Shown here piece after piece: positions 13,928 through 22,345 of a stretch of DNA of 24,000 nucleotides. The position numbers and the translations under genes are program-made. Location: contig JBDGSJ010000011.1 of assembly GCA_042217585.1 (NCBI GenBank), forward strand, positions 14,228 through 38,227, in the 5' to 3' direction. Origin of the DNA: Candidatus Nanohaloarchaea archaeon (lineage in GTDB: Archaea; Nanohalarchaeota; Nanosalinia; Nanosalinales; Nanosalinaceae). Each line of letters starts with the position of its first letter. Positions within the stretch are counted from its first letter, which is position 1. Below the pieces are notes generated by a model. That model was given only the letters and a program-made list of their open reading frames with translations. It was not told the origin of the DNA and did not search any database.

Positions 13928-15118
13928 ATGAGCAAGAAGTATGTTGTCGTCGGCGGAGGGGTCGCCGGGACCTCGGCGGCTGAAAAACTCAGGGAAGAGG
14001 ACGGGGACTGCGAGATCACGGTCCTCACGGACGAGAAGGAACCGCTTTACAGCCGGATAATGCTGAAGAACTACATGAAGGGTATGCTGCCGAGGCAGTA
14101 CACCCGGGTCCACGGCGAGGACTGGTACGAGAAGAATGATATAGACCTCAGGCTGGAGACGAGGGTGGAGGAGGTCCGGACCGGCGAGAAGAAGGTCGTG
14201 ACCGCGGACGGAGACGAACTGGAGTACGACAGCGTCCTGGTGGCGACCGGCGGGGACCCGAGGGAGTTCCCGGCGGACGAGGGATTCGACAACCTGTACT
14301 ACATGTGGACGATGGAGATGGCCGACGAGATAAAGGAGGCCGCGGAGGAGGCGGAGAAAGCCGTCGTGATAGGCGGAGGTCTCCTCGGTATAGATCTTGC
14401 TGTTGCCTTCGGGGAGCACGATGTCGAGACCCACTACATGATACGTGAGGGGAACTGGTGGCACCGCGGCCTGGACCCGGAGGGCGCCGAGATAATCCAC
14501 AGGCACCTCGAGGACCTCGGGGTCAACGTGATGACGGAGACCTCGGTGACGGAGTTCGAGTCCGAGGGCGGCGAGGTCGTGGCCGCGGTCACGGATGAAG
14601 GAGAGAGGTACGAGTGCGATGCGGTCGGCGTGGCGATCGGACAGGTCCCGAACTCCGATGTGGTCGATGTGGAGAAGAATGACCACGGGATGATAATGAC
14701 CGACGAGTATCTTGAGACCTCCGCGGATGATGTCTACGCCGCGGGCAACATGGTCGAGTACGAGAGCCCTGTGTTCGAGCGCAGGGTGGTGAACGGTTCC
14801 TGGGATCACAGCGAGGAGATGGGTGTCTGCGCCGCGGAGAACATGTCAGGCGGAGAGGAAGAGTTCGACTACGTCAACACCTACGGCGTGGGCCATTTCA
14901 ACGTGCAGTTCCTCGCCATAGGGGACTGGACCGGCGAACCGATCTCCAGGAAGTACGGCGAGGACGAGTACCGCCGGCTCTTCGTCAGGGATGGGCGCCT
15001 GGTCGGCGCAGTTATGATAGGATACACCGAGGGACAGGAAGAGCTGAAAAAAATTATAAGGGATAAGGAAGAGCTCGATGAGCCGGAGAAACTTCTCGAT
15101 AAAGACCACTGGTCGTAG
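13928..15118 (+). CDS. FAD/NAD(P)-dependent pyridine nucleotide-disulfide oxidoreductase family protein
   Basis: 396 aa. It has an N-terminal FAD Rossmann motif (YVVVGGGVAGTSAA), a second NAD(P) Rossmann motif (KAVVIGGGLLGIDLAVAF) and a C-terminal flavin motif (DDVYAAGNMVEY). I see no redox-active Cys near the N-terminus, so it looks ferredoxin/rubredoxin-reductase-like or AIF-like rather than CoA-disulfide-reductase-like. Confidence 0.85.
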   Translation: MSKKYVVVGGGVAGTSAAEKLREEDGDCEITVLTDEKEPLYSRIMLKNYMKGMLPRQYTRVHGEDWYEKNDIDLRLETRVEEVRTGEKKVVTADGDELEYDSVLVATGGDPREFPADEGFDNLYYMWTMEMADEIKEAAEEAEKAVVIGGGLLGIDLAVAFGEHDVETHYMIREGNWWHRGLDPEGAEIIHRHLEDLGVNVMTETSVTEFESEGGEVVAAVTDEGERYECDAVGVAIGQVPNSDVVDVEKNDHGMIMTDEYLETSADDVYAAGNMVEYESPVFERRVVNGSWDHSEEMGVCAAENMSGGEEEFDYVNTYGVGHFNVQFLAIGDWTGEPISRKYGEDEYRRLFVRDGRLVGAVMIGYTEGQEELKKIIRDKEELDEPEKLLDKDHWS

Positions 15119-15175
15119 AACCCGGACCTGAAGCCCGCGGACACTTATTTAATATCCGGCAGGCATTACATCTCT

Positions 15176-15607
15176 ATGGACTCTCGACTCCGAGGAAAGA
15201 TAGTGGACGTGAGGCCCTGGGACCAGAACGAGGACCACCACCTTGTCGAGGTGGAGCTCGACGGGGGCAACAGGATAAGCGTTGTCGACCAGGCCGAGGA
15301 GGTCTCGGAGGAGATGGTCGGAAGCGAGAAGGAGTTCACGCTGATGTGCCAGGCCAACACCGACAGGATGAACGAGAGACCTCTGCCGACCGAGAGCGAA
15401 AGCCAGTACTGCCTGATAAGCGGAGAGGTGATCGACAAGGGAAGGAGGAACGAGATAGGAGGATCCCTGAACATCGTCAACGTGGATACCGGGGAAGGCG
15501 AGATACTGGTCCACTTCGACAACAACCGGGGATGGAGAGAGGTCGAGGAGGGAGACAACCTGAGAGTCCTCGCCGAGAAGATAGTCCTACTGGAGACAGC
15601 TTCCTGA
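15176..15607 (+). CDS. Hypothetical protein (143 aa), possible internally duplicated beta-rich fold
   Basis: The composition is acidic, whereas the overlapping minus-strand ORFs are Ser/Leu-rich shadows. TATA-like TATTTAATAT (~15146-15155) lies ~26 nt upstream of the ATG, consistent with a leaderless mRNA. The two halves resemble each other (GKIVDV...LVEVELDGGNRISVV versus GEVIDK...LNIVNVDTGEGEILVHF). Confidence 0.55.
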   Translation: MDSRLRGKIVDVRPWDQNEDHHLVEVELDGGNRISVVDQAEEVSEEMVGSEKEFTLMCQANTDRMNERPLPTESESQYCLISGEVIDKGRRNEIGGSLNIVNVDTGEGEILVHFDNNRGWREVEEGDNLRVLAEKIVLLETAS

Positions 15608-16600
15608 TCAATCCTCGAGCCCGTCGAGTGCGTCAAGAGCCTTCGGGGACACGAATGCGAGGTCCTGCCAGTCCTTGGTCATCCTCGGGCAGGCACAGTT
15701 CACGTAGATATCTATACCGTAACCCTTGTAGTCCGCCTCGAATATCCGGTCCTCGACGAAGATGTAGACATCCTTCCCGTGTTCCTCGAGCTTCTCCTTC
15801 GCTATCTGGACCGCCCTCATGTAGTTCTGCCCTTTCTTGCTGGACGTGACTATACCCCACTTCTTCTTGTCCTTGTGCTTCAGGACCCGGGCGTACTCCG
15901 CCTGCATCTCGTCCTCCAGCGAGTTAGGGGGCTCGATCCAGATGTGGCGCTCGTAGGGATCGACGACGTACACCTTCTTCCCCGCCTCCGAGACCTGTGA
16001 GGGGTGGAACTCCCCGGAGCCGAGGAAGACGAACGCGTCCACCTTCTCCGCGATGTTATGGGCGGCACCGGCGTCACATCCGAGGACCTGCCCCGGCTCC
16101 GTGGTCCTGAGACCGGTCTTCCCCTCGACGACCTCGTATCCCTGGTCCTCGAGGAACTCCCGGGCCTTCTCCGCCCGGTCCATGTACTGGGTCACGCCGA
16201 TCAGGCCGACGGTGTCCTCCTCTATCTTCTCGTACTCATCCCTCAGGACACCCATCAGATCGCGGTCCTCCCGGTACGGCAGGTAGTAGACGTCGAGGTC
16301 GTCCATGTCCGCGCCCTCCGGGTGGAGGAACCTCGTGTGGCCGACGTGGACCAGGGCGTCGGCCCCCATCCTTTCGGCTTTCTCGTCCGCGATGCCGCAC
16401 GCCCCGAACGTCGAGGCACCGATTATGACCGTCTCGAATCCCTCCTCCTCGATCCGGTCCGCATAGTCGATTATCTGCGGCTTGATCCCGTCAGGTCCCT
16501 GGAGGCCCACCTTGTCGTACTCCCTGTCCTCGAGCGCTTCCAGGACCTCGTCTATGGTCTCGTAGTTCCACTGGTCGCGGTCCTGTTTTTGTTCTGTCAT
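15608..16600 (-). CDS. dph2: Diphthamide synthase Dph2 (2-(3-amino-3-carboxypropyl)histidine synthase, radical-SAM-like)
   Basis: 330 aa. GASTFGACGIADEKAERMGADALVHVGHT, PGQVLGCDAGAA, FLGSGEFHP and YVNCACPRM align with the three conserved Cys-containing blocks of archaeal Dph2. Confidence 0.85.
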   Translation of the reverse strand: MTEQKQDRDQWNYETIDEVLEALEDREYDKVGLQGPDGIKPQIIDYADRIEEEGFETVIIGASTFGACGIADEKAERMGADALVHVGHTRFLHPEGADMDDLDVYYLPYREDRDLMGVLRDEYEKIEEDTVGLIGVTQYMDRAEKAREFLEDQGYEVVEGKTGLRTTEPGQVLGCDAGAAHNIAEKVDAFVFLGSGEFHPSQVSEAGKKVYVVDPYERHIWIEPPNSLEDEMQAEYARVLKHKDKKKWGIVTSSKKGQNYMRAVQIAKEKLEEHGKDVYIFVEDRIFEADYKGYGIDIYVNCACPRMTKDWQDLAFVSPKALDALDGLED

Positions 16601-16626
16601 AACCCTTACTTCCGTGCGAACTCTTT

Positions 16627-18159
16627 TTAACCGGTTTCCAGTTCCCGGAGCCTGTCCATCAGGAACCTCTTCTCCTCCTCAGCGACCATCCTCTCCAGGA
16701 CCTCCAGATCCTTTTCCGAGGCTATGGCCTGGAAGCCGTTCCTCACCGCGGACCTGACGGCGTCCCTGTCCGGACCGGAAAGAACCAGCACCGCCAGCTC
16801 TGCATCGAGGTAGTCTACCGCCTGTTCAAGCCCCTCTTTCTCCAGGTTCCTCGCGTCAAGGAGGGCCTTTTCTCCGTCGAACGCGAAAACCCCGGAGTAG
16901 CTCTCGAGGAGGCCTCGTGGAGGTATCCTCTCGGCGTCGACCTCTCTCCCGGTGACCGCGTAACCCTCGCCGAACGGCGGGGAGGTGTGGACCGCTCTCT
17001 GTCCTCTCTCCAGCGGCAGGACCTCGGTCGCGGTTATCTCCTTCTCGGGAACCTTCTCCGGGCCGGAAACCTCCTTCGCTCTGCCTCCGTCCTCTCCGGA
17101 GGTTTCAACGTCCCTGGGTCCGAGGGTTATCCTCTGTCCGTCCTCGAGGTCTCCCCTGAAGGAGAAGACCGCGGGTTTTCCTTCCTCACGGGCTTTCTGG
17201 GCGTCCGTCGAGGTGTATCCTCCCTTCTTCGCGACCAGCGCCATGTTGTAGTCCTCCGGCGGCATGGTCTCGTCCGAGACCGTCACATCTCTACCCGCGA
17301 CGCCCGATATCCGTCCCTCGCTTACCCTTATGCCCTTGAGAGATGTCCCGGAGGACGAGAAGGGGTTGCCCGAGTCAGTCTCGAAGGCGTCCACTACGTA
17401 GAAGGTCCCTCTCTTGTATGCGAACTTTACTCCGAGATCCTCGGATTCCAGTTTCGAGAAGAAGTCCTCTACCTCGGACTCTGAGAACGGCGCGGAGTCA
17501 TTCAGAGTCTTCTCCCTCCTGTGGCCTCCGTTCACCGGGTGGCGGGTTATCTTCACCTGCTCTCTCGGGACGCGGACCTCCCTCACCTCGCCGTCCCGGA
17601 CAAGGTACATCGCAGGCACGTTTATCCCCTTCTCCAGCGAGACGCCGAGACCCTCGACCACCTCCATCAGGCCGTTTCCGCCGAGGTAGGATCCAAGGGC
17701 GGCCCCGGAGTGGTCCGGCTCTATCATCTTCTGGAAAAGGAGTGCGGGAGGCTCCTCGTTGCTCTGGTAGTAAGATGCGAGGACCTCCTTCACCGCTCCC
17801 TCGAGCTCTGAAGGTCCGACGTTCAGCCTGTACTTGTTGAACCCTTCGCCCGAGATCCGGACCGAGACCCTCTCCCGGTTTCTCTGTCCTCCGACAAGGT
17901 TTCTGGCCCGCCCTGAGGAGTTGCGGACCTCAGAACTCATCCCGATGTTCCCGTACGCGTTCTCTATCTTTTCGGTCGGTCCCTCCTCGAACTGGGCGTT
18001 CATTATCTCCTCCGGGTCGGTCCTTCCGCCGAGAAGGTTCTGGACCTCTTCACGGGTGAGGACGAAGAAGTTCGGCACGTTGAACGATTCGATGGTGTCG
18101 AGGCGCGCCGCCTTCGCTCCTGATTCTTCCCTGGTTATCTCTCCTTTCCACTGCACCAT
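16627..18159 (-). CDS. PEP/pyruvate-binding (PPDK_N ATP-grasp-like) + PEP-utilizer swivel-like domain protein; non-canonical
   Basis: 510 aa. The N-terminus (SGAKAARLDTIESFNVPNFFVLTREE) resembles the PpsA/PPDK nucleotide-binding domain. Residues ~275-345 (GIRVSEGRISGVAG...ALVAKKGGYTSTDAQKAREEGKPAVFSF...DGQRITL) resemble the mobile phosphohistidine domain, but with TST where TSH is expected. No PEP-utilizer TIM-barrel is present. The C-terminal ~170 aa are unrecognised. Confidence 0.65.
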   Translation of the reverse strand: MVQWKGEITREESGAKAARLDTIESFNVPNFFVLTREEVQNLLGGRTDPEEIMNAQFEEGPTEKIENAYGNIGMSSEVRNSSGRARNLVGGQRNRERVSVRISGEGFNKYRLNVGPSELEGAVKEVLASYYQSNEEPPALLFQKMIEPDHSGAALGSYLGGNGLMEVVEGLGVSLEKGINVPAMYLVRDGEVREVRVPREQVKITRHPVNGGHRREKTLNDSAPFSESEVEDFFSKLESEDLGVKFAYKRGTFYVVDAFETDSGNPFSSSGTSLKGIRVSEGRISGVAGRDVTVSDETMPPEDYNMALVAKKGGYTSTDAQKAREEGKPAVFSFRGDLEDGQRITLGPRDVETSGEDGGRAKEVSGPEKVPEKEITATEVLPLERGQRAVHTSPPFGEGYAVTGREVDAERIPPRGLLESYSGVFAFDGEKALLDARNLEKEGLEQAVDYLDAELAVLVLSGPDRDAVRSAVRNGFQAIASEKDLEVLERMVAEEEKRFLMDRLRELETG

Positions 18160-18257
18160 ACGGTAAAAAACAGGTCCCGCCCGGAATTAATATCTATGGG
18201 TAGGGTTACATCCGGAGGATTTTCCGGCCGAGAGAAACCTGTGGTCCGGGAACCGAT

Positions 18258-18779
18258 CTAGCTGTCGATCTTGACCCTGCAGCTGACAGGCATCTTGTGC
18301 TTGGCTCTTTCAAGGGCCTTCCTCGCCTCGCCGACGTCTCCCTCGGCGACGCTGACCCTGTAGATCGCCTGGTTATCGTCGACGAGCGCCGCTCTTCCGA
18401 TAGGCCGTCCGAACGGCTTTCTCATGCCCTCGTAGTACCGGTCCGCCTGCGCGACACCGGCAAGAGGGTGGTACCTGAGAACGTGGTGAGGGTACGTGAT
18501 TATCTTCAGCTTGTACTCCTCCTCGGGATCCAGGACCTTGTTCAGGTGCGAGTTCGCGGCGACCCTTCCGGCCTCCAGCGCCTCGGACCTGATGCCGCAT
18601 CCTTCCTCGACTTTCAGTACTATTTCGCTCTCGAACTCCTGGTCCGTCGCCCCCATCTCGTACTGGGTCACGCGTGGAGCAGGAGCTCCCTTCACGTAGT
18701 TATCGTTCTTCTTCTGAGACTTCCTGGTGTACGGCTGGTTCGGCTTGTCCCTGTAGATTCTCGCTGGCCTGTCTCCCAT
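18258..18779 (-). CDS. rpl10e: 50S ribosomal protein uL16 (L10e)
   Basis: ORF 18258..18812 begins at TTG only 2 nt from a TATTTAAAA element, so I prefer ATG at 18779, which has GAGG upstream. ARIYRDKPNQPYTRKS...YVKGAPAPRVTQYEMG...ITYPHHVLRYHPLAGVAQADRYYEGMRKPFGRPIG is the L10e signature. Confidence 0.9.
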   Translation of the reverse strand: MGDRPARIYRDKPNQPYTRKSQKKNDNYVKGAPAPRVTQYEMGATDQEFESEIVLKVEEGCGIRSEALEAGRVAANSHLNKVLDPEEEYKLKIITYPHHVLRYHPLAGVAQADRYYEGMRKPFGRPIGRAALVDDNQAIYRVSVAEGDVGEARKALERAKHKMPVSCRVKIDS

Positions 18780-18843
18780 CTGAAAAACCTCTACCAACTC
18801 ACAGTCCTCCAAGTTTTAAATAGGGTGGGCCGCCCTGAGAACT

Positions 18844-19128
18844 TCAGACTCCGTCGCTGTGACTGCTGCCTTCCTTGTTGAACTTCCGGTCCTCCTGATC
18901 GCCTTCCTCACTGTAGTAATCCTTCACGGTCCAGTTCTCATCATCGTCCTCCCCATGGTACATGTCGTGCGGTCTCTCATCGGATCCCTCGGAACCTGAA
19001 AGCAGGCCGCTGAAAAGACCCATGTAGAACTCGGAGCCTCCATAACCTTCCACGGCACGGACGTCTTCTTCTCCCACCTCTTCCAGCTCTTCCTCGATGT
19101 CACCGGATTCCTCCAGCACTTCCTCCAT
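18844..19128 (-). CDS. Hypothetical small acidic protein (94 aa)
   Basis: Only the distal part of ORF 18844..19437 looks coding (MEEVLEESGDIEEELEEVGEEDVRAVEGYGGSEFYMGLFSGLLSG...). The upstream 103 codons are hydrophobic/basic and overlap the neighbour's promoter and 5' coding region. An A-rich CAAAAAAG lies ~25 nt upstream of ATG 19128. Confidence 0.45.
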   Translation of the reverse strand: MEEVLEESGDIEEELEEVGEEDVRAVEGYGGSEFYMGLFSGLLSGSEGSDERPHDMYHGEDDDENWTVKDYYSEEGDQEDRKFNKEGSSHSDGV

Positions 19129-19224
19129 GGTACAGTATTTGTATCCGGCTTTTTTGACAGTTTGGCTCCCAGCGATGTTTTCTCGACCTCTCCGGATAAA
19201 AGATTCGAGCCACAGTTGACAGGT

Positions 19225-19944
19225 GTGGATACCGGAAGAAAACTGGAGGAGGATGAACTCGAAAGGGAGCTGGAGGAGATAGGACTGCCCGTGGAGGAAA
19301 GCCGGTTCTACCTGGTCGAGGAGGTGCCGGGAGAGGAAGATGCCCTGGGCAACTACCGGCCGGGGATGAGAAAGGGCTTCGTGAAGGACGGAAAGCGCGG
19401 GGAGGTCCGCAGTAGGTATCTGCACGAGGCCGCGCACGCCGGATACTTCGAGAACATCGAGACAGGCAAGGAGATCGCCGAGATCGACCGCGAGGTAGTG
19501 GAGATGGAGGAGGAGCTCTTCGGCGGCCTTCTCGATGGAGAGACGACGGTCGTAACTTCGGAGGAGGCGGATGAGAGCCGGGAGCTGGACCCCGGAGAGG
19601 CTGAAGAGCTTCTGGAAGACGAGCCCGGCTCTCCCTGCTACATAGTTCCCGGGGAGCTTTTCGAGGAGTACAGCAGGAAGCGAGGATTCCTAGAGGAGCT
19701 GACCGATGCGGTCAGACCCGTGGTCGAGGGGCTGTCGCTGTACCTCCAGGACCGTGTGCTGGATGAGAGGCCTGGGGAGGTCCCGCGGAGCCAGATGAGA
19801 GAGTACCGCAGGATAAAGCAGGCGGCGGAGAAGCACGGCTTCGGGACCGCGAAGCGTTACGTTGAGGACCGGTCGAGGGAGATGATCTCGGAGGAGCTCT
19901 CCGGGATCGGGGACGGTCCGCGCACGGGTTCGATTTTTACGTGA
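19225..19944 (+). CDS. Hypothetical protein with an HExxH motif (putative zinc metallopeptidase-like)
   Basis: ORF 19162..19944. There is no in-frame ATG near the 5' end. GTG at 19225 lies 26 nt downstream of TATA-like GATAAAAG (19195-19202); TTG at 19162 or 19216 are alternatives. It contains SRYLHEAAHAGYF (an HExxH motif). The composition is acidic. I recognise no family. Confidence 0.5.
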   Translation: MDTGRKLEEDELERELEEIGLPVEESRFYLVEEVPGEEDALGNYRPGMRKGFVKDGKRGEVRSRYLHEAAHAGYFENIETGKEIAEIDREVVEMEEELFGGLLDGETTVVTSEEADESRELDPGEAEELLEDEPGSPCYIVPGELFEEYSRKRGFLEELTDAVRPVVEGLSLYLQDRVLDERPGEVPRSQMREYRRIKQAAEKHGFGTAKRYVEDRSREMISEELSGIGDGPRTGSIFT

Positions 19945-19963
19945 GGGAAACCAACTGCTTCCC

Positions 19964-21283
19964 ATGGCTGATGAAAAACTGAAGGTTTACCAGATAGGTC
20001 TCCAGAACTGGGGCCGGTACGGTTTCGAGAAACTGATCGATCTCCACAGGCATCTCGAGGAGGTCGACGTAGAGCTCGTGGGGGTCTGCGACAAGGACAT
20101 GGAGCGGCTTGAGAAGGCGGAGGAGTTCGCCCGCCACAGCCACGTCGATCTCGAGACATTTCTCAGGACCTCGGAGATGTACGACCACGCGGCGGAACAG
20201 GAAGGCCCGGTCATGGTGTACGACGCGGGACCGCCGCGGGACCACGCGAACCATGTCTACGAATCGCTGAGGCGGAACTTCTTCCACGTCGCGGAGAGGC
20301 CTCCCTCGCTGGACCGCGAGCAGCACGTCAGGGAGAAACAGCTGGCGGAGGACTCGGACGTGATGTGGACCGTGGACTTCATCGAGAGGGAGAACCCCGT
20401 GGTCCTGAAGGCGCTGGAACTGGTCGAGGACCGCGAGATCGATTCTCTGAAGGTTTTCAGGGAGTCCTCCGTCGGCATCCAGAAGCTCCTGGAGCCGGTC
20501 CGGTTCTTCGACGTTAGAGGAGGCGATTTGCTTCACAAGATGTCCCACGACATATACGCACTGGATATTCTGGAGAACTCCGCGGCAGAAAGTAATCCGG
20601 AGTTCGTGGACGGCGAGATGAAGTACGTGATGCCGAAGGATACCGGCTCCGACAAAGTCATGACGGTGACCGGGAACCAGAGCACGGAGATAGGTCCCGA
20701 CACCGCGACCGGGATGAGCTACTGCGTCATGAACGCGGGCGGTACAAGGGTCGAGCTTCACTCCAGCTGGCTGGGCCTCAGCGGGGAGGCAGAAAACTTT
20801 ATCGAGCGGTTCTCCGGTGAACTGGACCACGAGCTGGCGGACCGGAAGTTCAGGGAGGCCGGGGAGAAGGCATTCCTCGACGAGGAGGCTGCCTTCTTCG
20901 TGATAGAGGGCGAGAAGGATCTGCTGGGCGACATGCTCCACGGAAGGCTCTACGACCTTGAGACAGGAGATGAACTGGGGGTCCCGGACCTGATGCACGA
21001 CCAGCTCCACAGGGTGCTGAAGAATGCGGTCCTGCGGGCGGCAGGGAAGGACTCTGACGTACCGGGCTCCGGGGAAGTCGACAGGTTAATGGAGATCCTG
21101 TTCGACACGCGGGAGGCGGCGCTGGACCACGATTTCGATTTCTACAGCGAGCTTGACCGTTCTCTGGACCGGATAGATGACCGCGTTATCGAGGACGGAA
21201 AGATACTTGAACATCGAGGACCTGATGGACAGGTAGAGAACCCCGATGAAAGCCGTGATACCGTGCGCGAAGAAGAAGGATAG
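19964..21283 (+). CDS. Gfo/Idh/MocA-like NAD(P)-dependent oxidoreductase (divergent)
   Basis: 439 aa. The N-terminal Rossmann-like strand-loop (KVYQIGLQNWGRYG...ELVGVCDKDMERLEKAEEF) and VYDAGPPRDHANHVYESLRRNFFHVAERPPS follow the Gfo/Idh/MocA pattern (..atP...H......al.aGkhvl.EKP). The C-terminal half is unrecognised. The antisense 357-aa ORF is a shadow. Confidence 0.55.
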   Translation: MADEKLKVYQIGLQNWGRYGFEKLIDLHRHLEEVDVELVGVCDKDMERLEKAEEFARHSHVDLETFLRTSEMYDHAAEQEGPVMVYDAGPPRDHANHVYESLRRNFFHVAERPPSLDREQHVREKQLAEDSDVMWTVDFIERENPVVLKALELVEDREIDSLKVFRESSVGIQKLLEPVRFFDVRGGDLLHKMSHDIYALDILENSAAESNPEFVDGEMKYVMPKDTGSDKVMTVTGNQSTEIGPDTATGMSYCVMNAGGTRVELHSSWLGLSGEAENFIERFSGELDHELADRKFREAGEKAFLDEEAAFFVIEGEKDLLGDMLHGRLYDLETGDELGVPDLMHDQLHRVLKNAVLRAAGKDSDVPGSGEVDRLMEILFDTREAALDHDFDFYSELDRSLDRIDDRVIEDGKILEHRGPDGQVENPDESRDTVREEEG

Positions 21284-22340
21284 TCTTTTCCCTTTCTCAG
21301 AGACAAAACCGACAGCACTGATGCCCGTGATGGGCAGACCGCTCGTCAGACACCTGATAGAAGGTCTCATGGATGCAGGGGTGGATGAGACCTATCTCGT
21401 GGTGAACCACCTGGAATCGGAGTTCAGGGAGGAGTTTAAGGAGGATGATTCCGTCGAACTGGTAGTGCAGGAGGACCTCAACGGTACGGGTGGTGCGGTC
21501 GAGGAGTGCGGTTTCCTTGATGACGACTTCCTGGTCGTGAACGGCGACGTGATAGTGTCGGACCGGGACCTGAAGCGCCTTCTGGACAGTCACAGGAGGG
21601 GTGGAGAAGAGGTGACCATGCTCGCGACCGACGACAGCAGCCCGGAGAAATGGGGTGTCCTGAGCATCACAAACGACATGGTTCAGGACCTCGTCGAGAA
21701 GCCAGAGGAACCGGAGAACACCCTGGTCAACACAGGGATATACGCGTTCAGCCCCGAGATATTCGACGTCCTCGAGGGCATGGAAGGAGATAAATCGCTC
21801 ACGGACGCCGTGAAACAGCTCATGGGTGAAGAGACACGTTTTGAGCTGGTCCAAGACTACTGGATCGATATCGGAAGCCCGAAGAAACTGAGAAGGGCGG
21901 ACCGCGTCCTGAGGGAAAGCATAGAGGGGAACAACATCCATCCCGGGGCCGAGATCCATGACACGGCAGAGATCCTTGGAGACGTGGTCGTAGAGGAGGG
22001 AGCGGTCCTTAAACCTGGCGCGGTCGTCGAGGGGCCGGCCTACATCGGAAAGGACTCCAGGATAGGACCTCACGCATCGGTCCGCTCCTCCACGGTCTGC
22101 GGGGACTCCGAGCTGGACTCCTGCACTGTCAGGAACTCTCTTCTCTTCGAGAACAACATAATAGATCCACACACCCACGTGGAGCATACGGTGCTCGGGG
22201 AGGGATGCGACCTGAAATCCGGATCGGTGGTCAGGAACTCGTTCATCGGCGCGGACAGCTTCATCGACATGAACAACTCGATCAGGGGTATGAAGTTCGT
22301 GCCGGATGCGAGGACCGACCTGTCGGAGATAAGCAAGTGA
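21246..22340 (+). CDS. Sugar-phosphate nucleotidyltransferase-like + left-handed beta-helix protein, with a degenerate N-terminal signature
   Basis: 364 aa. It keeps the NTP_transferase core (LVVNGDVIV, LVEKPEEPENTLVNTGIYAF, WIDIGSPKKL) and C-terminal hexapeptide repeats. The N-terminus reads MKAVIPCAKKKDSLFPFSETKPTALMPV instead of the GxGTRxxPLTxxxPK motif. Its first 16 nt are identical to the downstream paralog. It overlaps the upstream gene by 38 nt. Confidence 0.8.
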   Translation: MKAVIPCAKKKDSLFPFSETKPTALMPVMGRPLVRHLIEGLMDAGVDETYLVVNHLESEFREEFKEDDSVELVVQEDLNGTGGAVEECGFLDDDFLVVNGDVIVSDRDLKRLLDSHRRGGEEVTMLATDDSSPEKWGVLSITNDMVQDLVEKPEEPENTLVNTGIYAFSPEIFDVLEGMEGDKSLTDAVKQLMGEETRFELVQDYWIDIGSPKKLRRADRVLRESIEGNNIHPGAEIHDTAEILGDVVVEEGAVLKPGAVVEGPAYIGKDSRIGPHASVRSSTVCGDSELDSCTVRNSLLFENNIIDPHTHVEHTVLGEGCDLKSGSVVRNSFIGADSFIDMNNSIRGMKFVPDARTDLSEISK

Positions 22341-22345
22341 TCGAC

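Noticed and set aside
13901-14809. A 302-aa minus-strand ORF. Similar long antisense ORFs occur at 19937-21010(-), 21297-22187(-), 7076-8080(+), 9286-10002(+), 16004-16630(+) and 23415-23948(-).
   Set aside because: Each is antisense to a gene with clear family motifs (FAD oxidoreductase, Gfo-like, nucleotidyltransferases, uL3, RtcB, Dph2, HAD-like). They are rich in Leu/Arg/Val/His, as expected from reverse-complemented acidic codons. Long antisense ORFs of this kind are common in high-GC DNA.
18212-18228. The hairpin CCGGAGGATTTTCCGG downstream of uL16, considered as a regulatory element or small RNA.
   Set aside because: It is a single short 5-bp stem in a 98-nt intergenic region that also holds the next gene's TATA-like element. 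This is most simply a terminator-like or incidental structure, and the evidence is insufficient to call a feature.
18844-19437. The full 197-aa minus-strand ORF taken as one gene.
   Set aside because: The first 103 codons are hydrophobic/basic and overlap the 5' part of the divergent plus-strand gene and its promoter. Only the distal 94 codons, from ATG 19128, have host-like acidic composition and a suitably placed A/T element.
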